Below, in pieces: positions 1 to 9,168 of a DNA stretch of 64,000 nucleotides. A program made the position numbers and the translations under genes. The stretch covers positions 24,081-88,080 of the forward strand of contig CAZLJY010000001.1 of the NCBI GenBank assembly GCA_964559945.1, in the 5' to 3' direction. Position 1 is the stretch's first letter; each line of letters opens with the position of its first letter. Under the pieces are notes generated by a model. It did not search any database. It was given only the letters and a program-made list of their open reading frames with translations, and had not been told where the DNA came from. This stretch comes from an uncultured Gammaproteobacteria bacterium. Its GTDB lineage: Bacteria > Pseudomonadota > Gammaproteobacteria > Xanthomonadales > SZUA-38.

Positions 1-1272
1 CATTTTCCTCGTCCGTTAAATCAAGTTGATCACAGCGACTCTCTTGATGAGCTGAGACAGTATTTGATCCAGCTGGACAAGCGACAGGTAGAGCCAGACA
101 ACAACCTCAACGACATTTTTTCCGAATACTCCTGGAGCGGCGGATTCATTTGGATTCAAAAGCCAGGTGTTCGGGCGGCACCCTATTTAGAAGAGTACGA
201 TCCTAAGATCGACACGCTGGCAAATGTGGTCATGGGCCACAGGGGGCAGCAGAAAATTCAGCTTTCCGGGTCGGCCAAGATTGCCGCCGGTGACATTATT
301 CAGGTGCAGTGGATCAATAGCAGCGGCCCTGAGGCAGGCATTGTTAAGTCGCTTTATGGCTCTGAGTACAAAAGTGCCGGGTCACATCATTGGTCCTTTC
401 CCAACCGGCCGTTGGTTCGTCAGACCTCTCGAGTGCTGTCGGTCAGCGGCCGTACTGTGTCTTTAGCCGATCCTCTGCTGCATGACGCAAACGCTGCAAT
501 TCCTGCCCAAATAGCGTCATGGGATGGATTGCAGCACGTGGGCGTGGAGGATATGCATCTGGATTTTCCCGATTCACCGTTCTTTGGCCACCATATGGAA
601 CGAGGGTACAACGGTATTTACTTCACCAGTGCCTTTGATTCCTGGGCCAGAAATCTGCGTATCACCAATGCCGATAGCGGTATCCTAAGCTACAACAGCG
701 CCAATGTGACGTATAAGGACATTCTTGCTGACGGCTCACGCCGCGCTCACTACGCGGTTCATATGGGCAACGTGCATAACGTTTTGGCGGAGAATATTAC
801 GGTGATGAACCCCGTGCGGCACTCCTTAACTTTTAATACTCAGTCAACCAAGTGTGTATACAAAAACGCCCAGGTGTTCATCAGACCCACGTTGGACCAA
901 CACGCAGGGGCCAATCATCAAAACCTGTTCGACAACGTCACATTGCATATGGAAGCGATCCCAACCGAGGATGGGCCGGTGACACCCGTGTTTAACGGCA
1001 GTGGCGCGGGCTATTGGCAGCCCGGTCACGGGGCCTTTAATACGACCTGGAACCTGCGAGTATTAATCACGGGAGGGGCTTACCCTGACGAGACGGTAAC
1101 AGTGCAAGGCCTGGACGAGGGCCCAATGGCGCGAATCATTGGCCTGCACGGTAATAGACGTTTTGCGCTGGACTATCATCCCAAACCTTACGTTGAATCG
1201 CTCAACACCCAGCTTAACTTGGTTCCATCGCTCTACGATTTCCAAAAAAAGCAGCGGTTAAAAACCCCCTAA
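1..1272 (+). CDS. right-handed parallel beta-helix (pectin-lyase-fold) protein, putative polysaccharide-active enzyme; 5' end lies outside the window
   Basis: Frame 1 is open from nt 1, with no stop before the listed ORF at 64. The stop is at 1270-1272. Short strand/turn segments recur (NADSGILSYNSANVTYKDIL, HNVLAENITVMNP, KCVYKNAQVF, NLFDNVTLHM), as is typical of beta-helix folds. The gene ends 12 nt upstream of a PL6-type lyase gene. Confidence 0.55.
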   Translation, partial: HFPRPLNQVDHSDSLDELRQYLIQLDKRQVEPDNNLNDIFSEYSWSGGFIWIQKPGVRAAPYLEEYDPKIDTLANVVMGHRGQQKIQLSGSAKIAAGDIIQVQWINSSGPEAGIVKSLYGSEYKSAGSHHWSFPNRPLVRQTSRVLSVSGRTVSLADPLLHDANAAIPAQIASWDGLQHVGVEDMHLDFPDSPFFGHHMERGYNGIYFTSAFDSWARNLRITNADSGILSYNSANVTYKDILADGSRRAHYAVHMGNVHNVLAENITVMNPVRHSLTFNTQSTKCVYKNAQVFIRPTLDQHAGANHQNLFDNVTLHMEAIPTEDGPVTPVFNGSGAGYWQPGHGAFNTTWNLRVLITGGAYPDETVTVQGLDEGPMARIIGLHGNRRFALDYHPKPYVESLNTQLNLVPSLYDFQKKQRLKTP

Positions 1273-1284
1273 ACGAGACAGCTA

Positions 1285-3528
1285 ATGAACCTATTGATGA
1301 CTCATCGATTGAAACAACATTTATATGTCGGTGTCGGCTGTTTGCTGGCTGCGCTGCTGTTATCCACTGCAGCCCAAGCCGACGCGCTGGTCTCGACTCA
1401 AAAAGAGTTTCGCTCGGCAGTAAATAACGCCAAGCCCGGTGACACCATTACGATGGCCAATGGTGTGTGGCGGGACTTTGAGATGGTATTTAGCGGAAAC
1501 GGAACGGCCCAAAAGCCGATTACGTTGACCGCTCAAACCCCCGGCGAGGTGATTATTTCCGGTGTTTCCAATCTCCGCATAGCCGGCGAACATCTCGTGG
1601 TAAGGGGGCTGGTTTTTCGGGACGGGTATACACCCACCAACGAGGTGATCTCTTTTCGGCGAAGCAAAGATGAGGTTGCTAATTACTCTCGTGTGACTGA
1701 GGTGGTGATTGATCACTTCAATAACCCAGAACGTTTTGAACGGGATTTTTGGGTCATGATGTATGGCCAGCATAATCGGTTCGATCACAATCATATTGAA
1801 GGAAAAAGCAATTCTGGTGTGACCATGGCGGTTAAGCTCAACACCAAAGCCAGTCAGAATAATCATCACCGAATCGACCATAATTACTTTGGCCCACGTC
1901 CTGAGCTGGGCTCCAACGGCGGTGAGACCTTACGAATCGGTACTAGCCATTTCTCGTTGACCGACTCATTTACCACGGTTGAAAACAATTACTTTGATCG
2001 GTGCAATGGAGAGGTCGAAATTATTTCCAGTAAGTCCGGTAGTAACACGTTTCGTGGCAACGTGTTTTTTGAGTCCCGGGGTACCCTGACCTTGCGCCAT
2101 GGCAATGACAACCTCATCGAGAACAACGTTTTTCTCGGTAACGGTGTTGATCACACTGGAGGCATTCGGCTGATCAACAAACGTCAGACCATCAGGAACA
2201 ATTATCTATACGGCCTGAGAGGTTACCGTTTTGGCGGTGGGCTTGTTGTGATGAATGGGGTTCCCAATTCGCCAATCAACCGATATCACCAAGTGGAAGA
2301 TTCGCTGGTGGAAAACAACACCATCGTCGACACCGATCATGTGGAATTTGCTGCAGGCAGCGACGAGGAACGCAGCGCTGTTCCGATTACGACGAAATTT
2401 CTCAATAATCTGATTGTTCACCGGCAGCCCACCGAGGTGATTGCCGTCCATGACGACATTAGCGGTATCGAGTTTGACGGTAACATTGTCTCCGGTGCCA
2501 CTTCAGTGCCTGAGATCAAAGGTTTAACTGAGGCAAAGGTTGAGCTGGAAAAATCCTCCGAAGGTTTGTTCTATCCAAAGAGCCAGCAAGGCGTAGGGAT
2601 CAAGCCGGGTTTGCGCGCCTTACCTCGCGATGCCACCGGGGTTGCGTGGTATCCGAAGCCTGGTTACGCCAGTCGATTTGATTCGGGCCAGGTGCACAAG
2701 ATCGAGCCCGGTCAAGATACCCTCGCCGCGGCAGTTGCTGTTGCAAAAGCCGGGGATGTGATTGAACTTAATCCAGGTGATTACATCTCCACGCGCCTTA
2801 TCAACGTGAACCTGCCGATCTCTATACGCGGCGCGCCGGATCAGAACAGTCGGCCAGTGCTGCGTTTTGAGCGCACCACATTATTTGAGATCAAAGATGG
2901 CGGCAGTCTGAAATTGGAGCACCTGGATATTGATGGGTCGGCAGCGCCTGATGCCTATGACAACTCCGCAGTGCGCACCAGTCGTTACTCCATGTTGTCC
3001 AACTACGAGTTAATCGTTAACCACGTCAACGTGAGTAATTTAAATACCAACCACTCGTTCAATTTTTTAAAGGTGTCCAAGCACACCTTCGCAACCAATA
3101 TTGAAATTCGCAATTCTCATTTTTCCGATATTTCCGGCAACATTATTGGTCTTGAGCGTGAAATCGACGATCTGGGAATTTACAATGGCGAGTACATCAC
3201 CATTGCTGATTCGACGTTTGAGAACGTCGAGAAAACGCTGGCCAATATTTATCGCGGCGGCACAGATGAGAGTACCTTTGGCCCCCATTTCCAGCTCACT
3301 AACAGCACGCTGAAAAATGTTGGCAATGGAAAGCGAAACAAAGTCGGGGCATCGATCTTTTTACTCGGTGTCCAGGTTGCCACGGTGAACAACAATCAAC
3401 TGACAAACAGTCAGCCAATCAGGGTTGTGGAAACTGTCGGCGATCCAATTACGCGGTTATCAGACAATCATTTTATCGAGACAAAACAACCTATGGTCGG
3501 CCCAATTTCTGCCCGACCAAGGCGATAA
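1285..3528 (+). CDS. polysaccharide lyase family 6 (alginate/poly-mannuronate lyase-like, chondroitinase-B fold), secreted
   Basis: There is an N-terminal signal peptide (VGVGCLLAALLLSTAAQA). The PL6 signature block NNYFDRCNGEVEIISSKSGSNTFRGNVFFESRGTLTLRHGNDNLIENNVF is present. A second beta-helix half lies in the C-terminal region, as in two-domain PL6 lyases. Confidence 0.8.
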   Translation: MNLLMTHRLKQHLYVGVGCLLAALLLSTAAQADALVSTQKEFRSAVNNAKPGDTITMANGVWRDFEMVFSGNGTAQKPITLTAQTPGEVIISGVSNLRIAGEHLVVRGLVFRDGYTPTNEVISFRRSKDEVANYSRVTEVVIDHFNNPERFERDFWVMMYGQHNRFDHNHIEGKSNSGVTMAVKLNTKASQNNHHRIDHNYFGPRPELGSNGGETLRIGTSHFSLTDSFTTVENNYFDRCNGEVEIISSKSGSNTFRGNVFFESRGTLTLRHGNDNLIENNVFLGNGVDHTGGIRLINKRQTIRNNYLYGLRGYRFGGGLVVMNGVPNSPINRYHQVEDSLVENNTIVDTDHVEFAAGSDEERSAVPITTKFLNNLIVHRQPTEVIAVHDDISGIEFDGNIVSGATSVPEIKGLTEAKVELEKSSEGLFYPKSQQGVGIKPGLRALPRDATGVAWYPKPGYASRFDSGQVHKIEPGQDTLAAAVAVAKAGDVIELNPGDYISTRLINVNLPISIRGAPDQNSRPVLRFERTTLFEIKDGGSLKLEHLDIDGSAAPDAYDNSAVRTSRYSMLSNYELIVNHVNVSNLNTNHSFNFLKVSKHTFATNIEIRNSHFSDISGNIIGLEREIDDLGIYNGEYITIADSTFENVEKTLANIYRGGTDESTFGPHFQLTNSTLKNVGNGKRNKVGASIFLLGVQVATVNNNQLTNSQPIRVVETVGDPITRLSDNHFIETKQPMVGPISARPRR

Positions 3529-3562
3529 ACATCAGTAAATACCAAAAGGGATATACATCGTT

Positions 3563-4315
3563 ATGAGTGTGAAAGACAAAGTTGCCATTGTTACAGGCGG
3601 TTCACGAGATATCGGCAAAGCGATATCGCTGCAATTGGCGGCAGGGGGAGCAAAAGTTGTGGTCAATTACCACAATAACGCGGCCCATGGGGCTGAGACA
3701 GTGAAGGCAATCACCGATGCGGGCGGCACAGCCATTGCTGTGGCTGGCGATATGACGAAGTCGGCAGATGTTGACAAGCTGGTGGCTGAAGCAGTGGCTG
3801 CTTTCGGCGACAAGGTCGATATCTTGGTCAATGTTGTGGGCGGCCTGGTTGCTCGTAAATCATTGGACGAGATGGATGAGGAATTCTTCGATCACGTCAT
3901 GAAATTGAACGTGAACAGCGTTTTTCTTGCGATGAAAAAGGTGGTTCCATTGATGGGCGATGGTGGATCGGTGGTGAACTTGTCATCGTTGGCCGGGCGC
4001 GACGGCGGCGGTCCTGGAGCGGTCGCTTATGCCACATCGAAAGGCGCGATAATGACCTTTACCCGCGGCATGGCGAAAGAGCTTGGGCCAAAAAACATTC
4101 GGGTCAATTGTGTTTGCCCCGGAATGATCAGCACCACCTTCCACGACGAATTTACAAAGGACGAAGTGCGCAAAAATGTTGCGGCTGGCACGCCGCTGCG
4201 ACGTGAGGGGCAAGCGGACGAAGTGGCAAACCTGGTCACTTATCTAGCCTCCAGTGAGTCTAGCTTCTTGACCGGCACCAGCGTAGATATTAATGGTGGC
4301 CTAGCGTTTTCATAA
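3563..4315 (+). CDS. short-chain dehydrogenase/reductase (SDR); possibly the uronate-derived keto-sugar (DEH-type) reductase of the locus
   Basis: It has a Rossmann motif (TGGSRDIGKA), a catalytic YxxxK (YATSKGA) and an NVVGG block, and is 250 aa long. The specific substrate is inferred only from its neighbours. Confidence 0.85.
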   Translation: MSVKDKVAIVTGGSRDIGKAISLQLAAGGAKVVVNYHNNAAHGAETVKAITDAGGTAIAVAGDMTKSADVDKLVAEAVAAFGDKVDILVNVVGGLVARKSLDEMDEEFFDHVMKLNVNSVFLAMKKVVPLMGDGGSVVNLSSLAGRDGGGPGAVAYATSKGAIMTFTRGMAKELGPKNIRVNCVCPGMISTTFHDEFTKDEVRKNVAAGTPLRREGQADEVANLVTYLASSESSFLTGTSVDINGGLAFS

Positions 4316-4341
4316 GCTCGTCTGTCGGCATAGAATAGGAG

Positions 4342-4371
4342 AGGCACCCTCAAATAGGGTGCCTTTTTTTT
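4342..4371 (+). terminator. rho-independent terminator after the SDR gene
   Basis: A 9-bp stem (aggcaccct at 4342-4350 pairing with agggtgcct at 4356-4364) encloses a 5-nt loop and is followed by an 8-T run. Confidence 0.8.
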
Positions 4372-4408
4372 ACCTGGACGATGACCAAGGCTAAGTGGGG
4401 ATAAGAGC

Positions 4409-5632
4409 TTGAAAATAACCGATGCAAAGGTTTTTGTGGGTGGTCCGGGCAAGAACTACGTCACCTTAAAGATACTCACCGACGAGGGGATTTACGGTCT
4501 GGGTGACGCCACCCTAAACACTCGGGAGACTCTGCCAGCGAAGTATTTAGAAGAGTATTTGATCCCCTGTTTGATCGGCAAAGATCCTCGCAACAGTGAA
4601 GATATTTGGCAGTATTTTTACCGCGGTGCCTATTTCAGGCGCGGCCCCATAGCCATGGCTGCCATCGGTGCCATCGACATGGCGCTATGGGACATCAAAG
4701 GCAAGATTGCAGGCCTGCCCGTCTATCAGCTATTTGGCGGCAAAAGTCGCGACGCTTCGCTAGTTTACGCCCATGCCACGGGGGGCGACGTCGAGCAGCT
4801 GTTGGAGTCCATCGCCCACTATCAATCGCTGGGTTATCAGGCTGTGCGGCTCCAATGCGGGATCCCGGGTATGCCGACGGATGGTTATGGGATTGCTGGG
4901 AAGACGGACAACGCCAAACACTTCATCACGCAATTTGGGTCATTGCCAGAGGAAGAAATTTGGAGCACAGAAAAGTACCTGCGCTATATGCCGACGGTGT
5001 TAGAAAAAGTTCGAGATCGGTTTGGGCCGGATCTAAAACTGTTACACGACGTCCACCATCGTTTACTGCCGCGAGAAGCGGCTGCCTTTGGCAAAGAATT
5101 GGAGCAGTTCAATCTCTATTGGCTTGAAGATCCAACGCCTGCTGAAGATCAATCGGCGCTACGACTGATCAGACAGCACACCACAATACCCATTGCCATT
5201 GGGGAAGTGTTTAATTCATTGTGGGATTGCAAGCAGTTGATCGAAGAGGAGTTGATCGACTTTATCCGGGTATCGGCCACCTATGGCGGCGGCATTACCC
5301 ACCTGCGGCGAATCGTTGAACTGGCGGCCATCCATAACGTGCGGACCGGGTTTCACGGGGCGCCCAGTCACTCACCACTATCAATGGCAGCCCAAGGACA
5401 CCTTAATGCTTGGGCGCCTAACTTCGGTATTCAGGAATATCTGGTTTTGGGTACACCACAATGTGATGCCTTGTTCCCGTCTGACCATAAGTACGAAGAC
5501 GGCATGTTCCACATTTCTGACGCCCCAGGACTGGGTGTGGATTTCGACGAAAAGGAATCGGAACGTTATTCCTATGAGCGCTGTTATCATCCGGTGACGA
5601 GGCTGCAAGACGGCACGATGTGGAACTACTGA
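4409..5632 (+). CDS. manD: enolase-superfamily D-mannonate dehydratase (ManD family)
   Basis: The gene has a TTG start. The N-terminus MKITDAKVFVGGPGKNYVTLKILTDEGIYGLGDATLNTRE...YFRRGPIAMAAIGAIDMALWDIKGKIAGLPVYQLFGG matches the ManD subgroup pattern. Confidence 0.8.
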   Translation: MKITDAKVFVGGPGKNYVTLKILTDEGIYGLGDATLNTRETLPAKYLEEYLIPCLIGKDPRNSEDIWQYFYRGAYFRRGPIAMAAIGAIDMALWDIKGKIAGLPVYQLFGGKSRDASLVYAHATGGDVEQLLESIAHYQSLGYQAVRLQCGIPGMPTDGYGIAGKTDNAKHFITQFGSLPEEEIWSTEKYLRYMPTVLEKVRDRFGPDLKLLHDVHHRLLPREAAAFGKELEQFNLYWLEDPTPAEDQSALRLIRQHTTIPIAIGEVFNSLWDCKQLIEEELIDFIRVSATYGGGITHLRRIVELAAIHNVRTGFHGAPSHSPLSMAAQGHLNAWAPNFGIQEYLVLGTPQCDALFPSDHKYEDGMFHISDAPGLGVDFDEKESERYSYERCYHPVTRLQDGTMWNY

Positions 5633-5881
5633 CGGGTGTCAAATTGTTCGCCAACATGCCAACCTTAGAGGCAGATGGCAATCCACTGAACGACGCCGAT
5701 TTAGAGAAATAACTTTTCAATCCGGTGAGTCGTCAGCGTTTTGGTACGTCACGGATCAGCCGTAAATCTCATCGGATAAATAGTAATTGGCGGGCCTTAG
5801 AGTGATCTTACGGCCTATGACCGAACCCAACCGGCGATTAATCTGGTACCGTCGCCATTCTTCTTGTGGGGAGTTGTTATC

Positions 5882-8800
5882 GTGAAATCTCTTGTCCTAT
5901 TTTTGCTGGGTATTTGCGCCGCTCAATGGCCTTTGATCGGGGCGGCGGTTGATGTCGAAGATACTCGTCTGCTGAAAAGCCCGACCATTAGCGCTGATCA
6001 TGTGGCGTTCCTTTATGACAGCGATGTCTGGGTTGCGCCACGAAATGGCGGCGATGCTAGCCGTGTGACAACAGCCCATGGTGAAGAGATCAATCCCGTG
6101 CTGTCGCCCAACGGTCAGTGGCTGGCATTTAGCGGAAACTACGACGGCAATACCGACGTTTACGTGATGCCGGCGGCCGGTGGTGCGGCGACGCGCCTGA
6201 CTTGGCATCCCGGTCGAGATGTGGTTTTGGGGTTTTCCGGCGACAGCCAGCGAATCGTTTTCCAGACGCCGCGCACCACTCATACTCGAGCGCATCGACA
6301 CCTTTACACGGTTAGCGTAAACGGCGGGCCAGCCGCCAAGCTACCAGTACCCACCGGCATTCATGCCGATTTGTCTCCGGACGGCAAGCAAATTGCCTAT
6401 AACCCCCACGCGCCAGCCTTTGGACAATGGAAAAACTACCGCGGCGGCCGAATTAGTCGCCTTTGGGTTATGGATCTAGACGACTATGACGTTGTGGAAA
6501 TTCCCAAACCCGAGGGCGGTTCTAACGACGTCAACCCGATGTGGATTGACGATGTTTTGTACTTCAATTCTGATCGCAATGGTGAGTTCAATTTATTCCG
6601 GTACGTCGAAGGCAACGTTGAGCAGCTAACAGAATTTTCCGAATTTCCTGTGTTAAACGCTCGGGCGGGTGCTGGCGAAATTGTGTTTGAGCATGGGGGG
6701 CAACTTAAGACCTTGAACCCAGCCAACGGCGATGTGGCGGCTCTAAAGATTTCTGCTCGCGCCGATTTACGGGAGGCCAGACCGCGTTGGGCCAGCGGTG
6801 ATCAATGGGTGCGCAATGCCCATCCATCGCCCGATGGCCAACGGGTCGTGTTGGAATACCGAGGCGAGATTGTCACCGTGCCGGCTGATAAAGGGTTTCC
6901 ACGCCAGCTCAGTGAGTCCACCGGGATCCATGATCGCAACCCGGCATGGTCGCCAGACGGTAAATCCGTCGCCTGGTTTTCCGACGCCCAGGGCGAATAC
7001 GGGATGAACATCCGATCGCTGGACTCTGATGCTGTTCAACGCATTTCGCTCAAAGGCGCTGGGTTCTATTTCAATCCCGTGTGGTCGCCGAATAGCCAAT
7101 TGATTGCGTTTCGCGATAACGCCCAAGCACTGTATTTACTGAATGTTGAGTCTGGAAAGGTTCAACAGGTGGCGGCTGAACCGGTTTACAGCCCAATCAT
7201 CACCATGAGTTACAGCTTTAGCCCCGACTCACGCTGGATGGCCTATACCCTCAACGACGCCGGCTTAACCCAGGTGGTTTACTTATACGACATTGTGGGT
7301 GAGCGCTCGGTTCGAGTCACCGACGGTCTGGCGGAAGTCAGTGAGCCGGTGTTTGACCCCAATGGTCAGCATCTTTACATGCTGGCCTCAACCCAGGCCG
7401 GCCCGCTGAAAGATTGGTTCGCCCAGTCCAGCATCGATACCACTATGACTCACCACGTCTATGTCGCCACTTTGGCTGCTGATGGTGATAATCCGCTGCC
7501 GCCGCTGCGCGATGATGTTGTCACTGACGAGGACTCTGGCGAGACAGAAGGCTCTGAGGATGAAGCCGACGGTGCTCAAGGCAGTGCCACTGCACCCCAA
7601 ACGCGGGTTGATGAAGAAGGTCTGAATCGTCGAATCCAAGTTCTTCCAGGTACAGCTGCCACACGGCATAGCCTGCGGGTCGGAAAGACCGGCACTCTGT
7701 ATTGGATTGAGACCGCGGGCAGAACTTCTTTTAATGCCTTTAACGGAGCGGGACAGTTAAAACGGTTCACCTTGGAGGACAGGGAAACCAAAACCTTATT
7801 GGATGAAGTGAGCAGCGTCCAGCTCAGCGCCAGTGGCGAGAAGCTGTTGTATCAAAGCAAAGGCGCGTGGTTTGTAACCGATGTTGCAGACAAGGTGAAG
7901 CCTGGTGATGGCAAACTCACTTTAGACGGGGTGAAGGTAAAGGTTGATCCTCGAGCCGAGTGGGTGCAAATTTTTGATGAAGCCTGGCGTATCAACCGTG
8001 ATTACTTTTACGCCACCAATTTTCACGGTGCGGATTGGCAAGCAGTGCGCAAGCGTTACTCACCGCTAATTGCTCATGCAGCCACTCGCTCCGATGTCAT
8101 GCGCGTGGTGCGCTGGATGGCCAGTGAGCTGGGTGTTGGGCATAGTTACTCCGGTGACGGTGACACCATTGAAGACCCTGCGCAGGTCACCGTGGGTTTG
8201 CTGGGTGCCGACTTTGAGATCCACCGAAATCGCTATCGAATCACTCGGATTTACGGCGGTTTGAATTGGACGCCTAATCTCGACGCGCCATTGGCAAAAC
8301 CCGGTGTGGACATCTCGGAGGGTGATTATCTGCTGGCGGTAGACGGTGTATCCGTCACGGCAGATGAATCGTTGTTTCGCCACTTTGAACAAAAAGCGGC
8401 GCGCCCAACCACCTTAACGGTGGCTGATTCGCCCAATGGGAAAAGCCGAGAGATTGAGGTGATGCCCATTGCCAGCGAAGCGGCGTTGCGCAATCGGACC
8501 TGGGTCGAAGACAACCTTCGCAAAGTCCATGAGGCAACGGACGGGCGCATCGCTTATGTGCACGTTCCCAATACCGCTCAAGCCGGGCATGCCTATTTCA
8601 AACGTTACTTTTATCCCCAGTCCCACAAATCCGGCATCATTGTGGATGAGCGATACAACGGTGGCGGGCTGTTTGCCGATTACTACATCGATATCCTGCG
8701 CCGCCCGTTCGCTGCTTGGTGGGCCATGCGCTACGGCGAAGATTTGGCAAGCCCTCGGGGCGCGGTGTTTGGGCCAAAAATTATGATTGCCGATGAAAAC

Positions 8801-9148
8801 GCAGGGTCCGGCGGAGACCTGCTGCCCTGGATGTTTCAGAAATACGAACTGGGCCCGGTCGTGGGAACCCGGACCTGGGGCGGTCTGGTTGGCATCTTGG
8901 GCTTTCCGGTATTGATGGACGGCGGCACAATCACCGCTCCCAATCTGGCCATTTGGGATGACAATGGCTGGATCGTAGAAAATGTAGGTGTGGCACCGGA
9001 CATCGAGGTTTTCCAGTGGCCGAAGCTGGTGAACGCCGGTCGCGATCCGCAACTGGAAAAAGCCATTGAGTTGGCCCTTGACGCATTGCAGACGCAGCCA
9101 GAGCTCAAGTCACAGCGCCCGCCGTTTCCACAGCGAGGGGTTCGCTGA
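5882..9148 (+). CDS. tricorn-protease-like S41 peptidase (TolB-like beta-propellers + PDZ + S41 catalytic domain)
   Basis: Repeated xSPDGxxxAF propeller motifs are present (LSPNGQWLAFS, LSPDGKQIAYN, WSPDGKSVAWF, WSPNSQLIAFR, FSPDSRWMAYT). The C-terminal S41 core includes DERYNGGG and NAGSGGDLLP. The probable start is the GTG at 5882, preceded by GGGGAG; the longest ORF starts at 5864. Confidence 0.8.
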   Translation: MKSLVLFLLGICAAQWPLIGAAVDVEDTRLLKSPTISADHVAFLYDSDVWVAPRNGGDASRVTTAHGEEINPVLSPNGQWLAFSGNYDGNTDVYVMPAAGGAATRLTWHPGRDVVLGFSGDSQRIVFQTPRTTHTRAHRHLYTVSVNGGPAAKLPVPTGIHADLSPDGKQIAYNPHAPAFGQWKNYRGGRISRLWVMDLDDYDVVEIPKPEGGSNDVNPMWIDDVLYFNSDRNGEFNLFRYVEGNVEQLTEFSEFPVLNARAGAGEIVFEHGGQLKTLNPANGDVAALKISARADLREARPRWASGDQWVRNAHPSPDGQRVVLEYRGEIVTVPADKGFPRQLSESTGIHDRNPAWSPDGKSVAWFSDAQGEYGMNIRSLDSDAVQRISLKGAGFYFNPVWSPNSQLIAFRDNAQALYLLNVESGKVQQVAAEPVYSPIITMSYSFSPDSRWMAYTLNDAGLTQVVYLYDIVGERSVRVTDGLAEVSEPVFDPNGQHLYMLASTQAGPLKDWFAQSSIDTTMTHHVYVATLAADGDNPLPPLRDDVVTDEDSGETEGSEDEADGAQGSATAPQTRVDEEGLNRRIQVLPGTAATRHSLRVGKTGTLYWIETAGRTSFNAFNGAGQLKRFTLEDRETKTLLDEVSSVQLSASGEKLLYQSKGAWFVTDVADKVKPGDGKLTLDGVKVKVDPRAEWVQIFDEAWRINRDYFYATNFHGADWQAVRKRYSPLIAHAATRSDVMRVVRWMASELGVGHSYSGDGDTIEDPAQVTVGLLGADFEIHRNRYRITRIYGGLNWTPNLDAPLAKPGVDISEGDYLLAVDGVSVTADESLFRHFEQKAARPTTLTVADSPNGKSREIEVMPIASEAALRNRTWVEDNLRKVHEATDGRIAYVHVPNTAQAGHAYFKRYFYPQSHKSGIIVDERYNGGGLFADYYIDILRRPFAAWWAMRYGEDLASPRGAVFGPKIMIADENAGSGGDLLPWMFQKYELGPVVGTRTWGGLVGILGFPVLMDGGTITAPNLAIWDDNGWIVENVGVAPDIEVFQWPKLVNAGRDPQLEKAIELALDALQTQPELKSQRPPFPQRGVR

Positions 9149-9168
9149 TTGCCAGCGGAGCATTTGTC

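Noticed and set aside
8414-9052. 212-aa antisense ORF inside the tricorn-like gene, and similar long antisense or alternative-frame ORFs (1360-1881, 4606-5127, 23551-24099, 57026-57478, 58455-59093)
   Set aside because: All are embedded in genes with strong family motifs on the other strand or frame. They have the Arg/Pro/Ser/Gly-rich composition typical of off-frame translation of GC-rich coding DNA.
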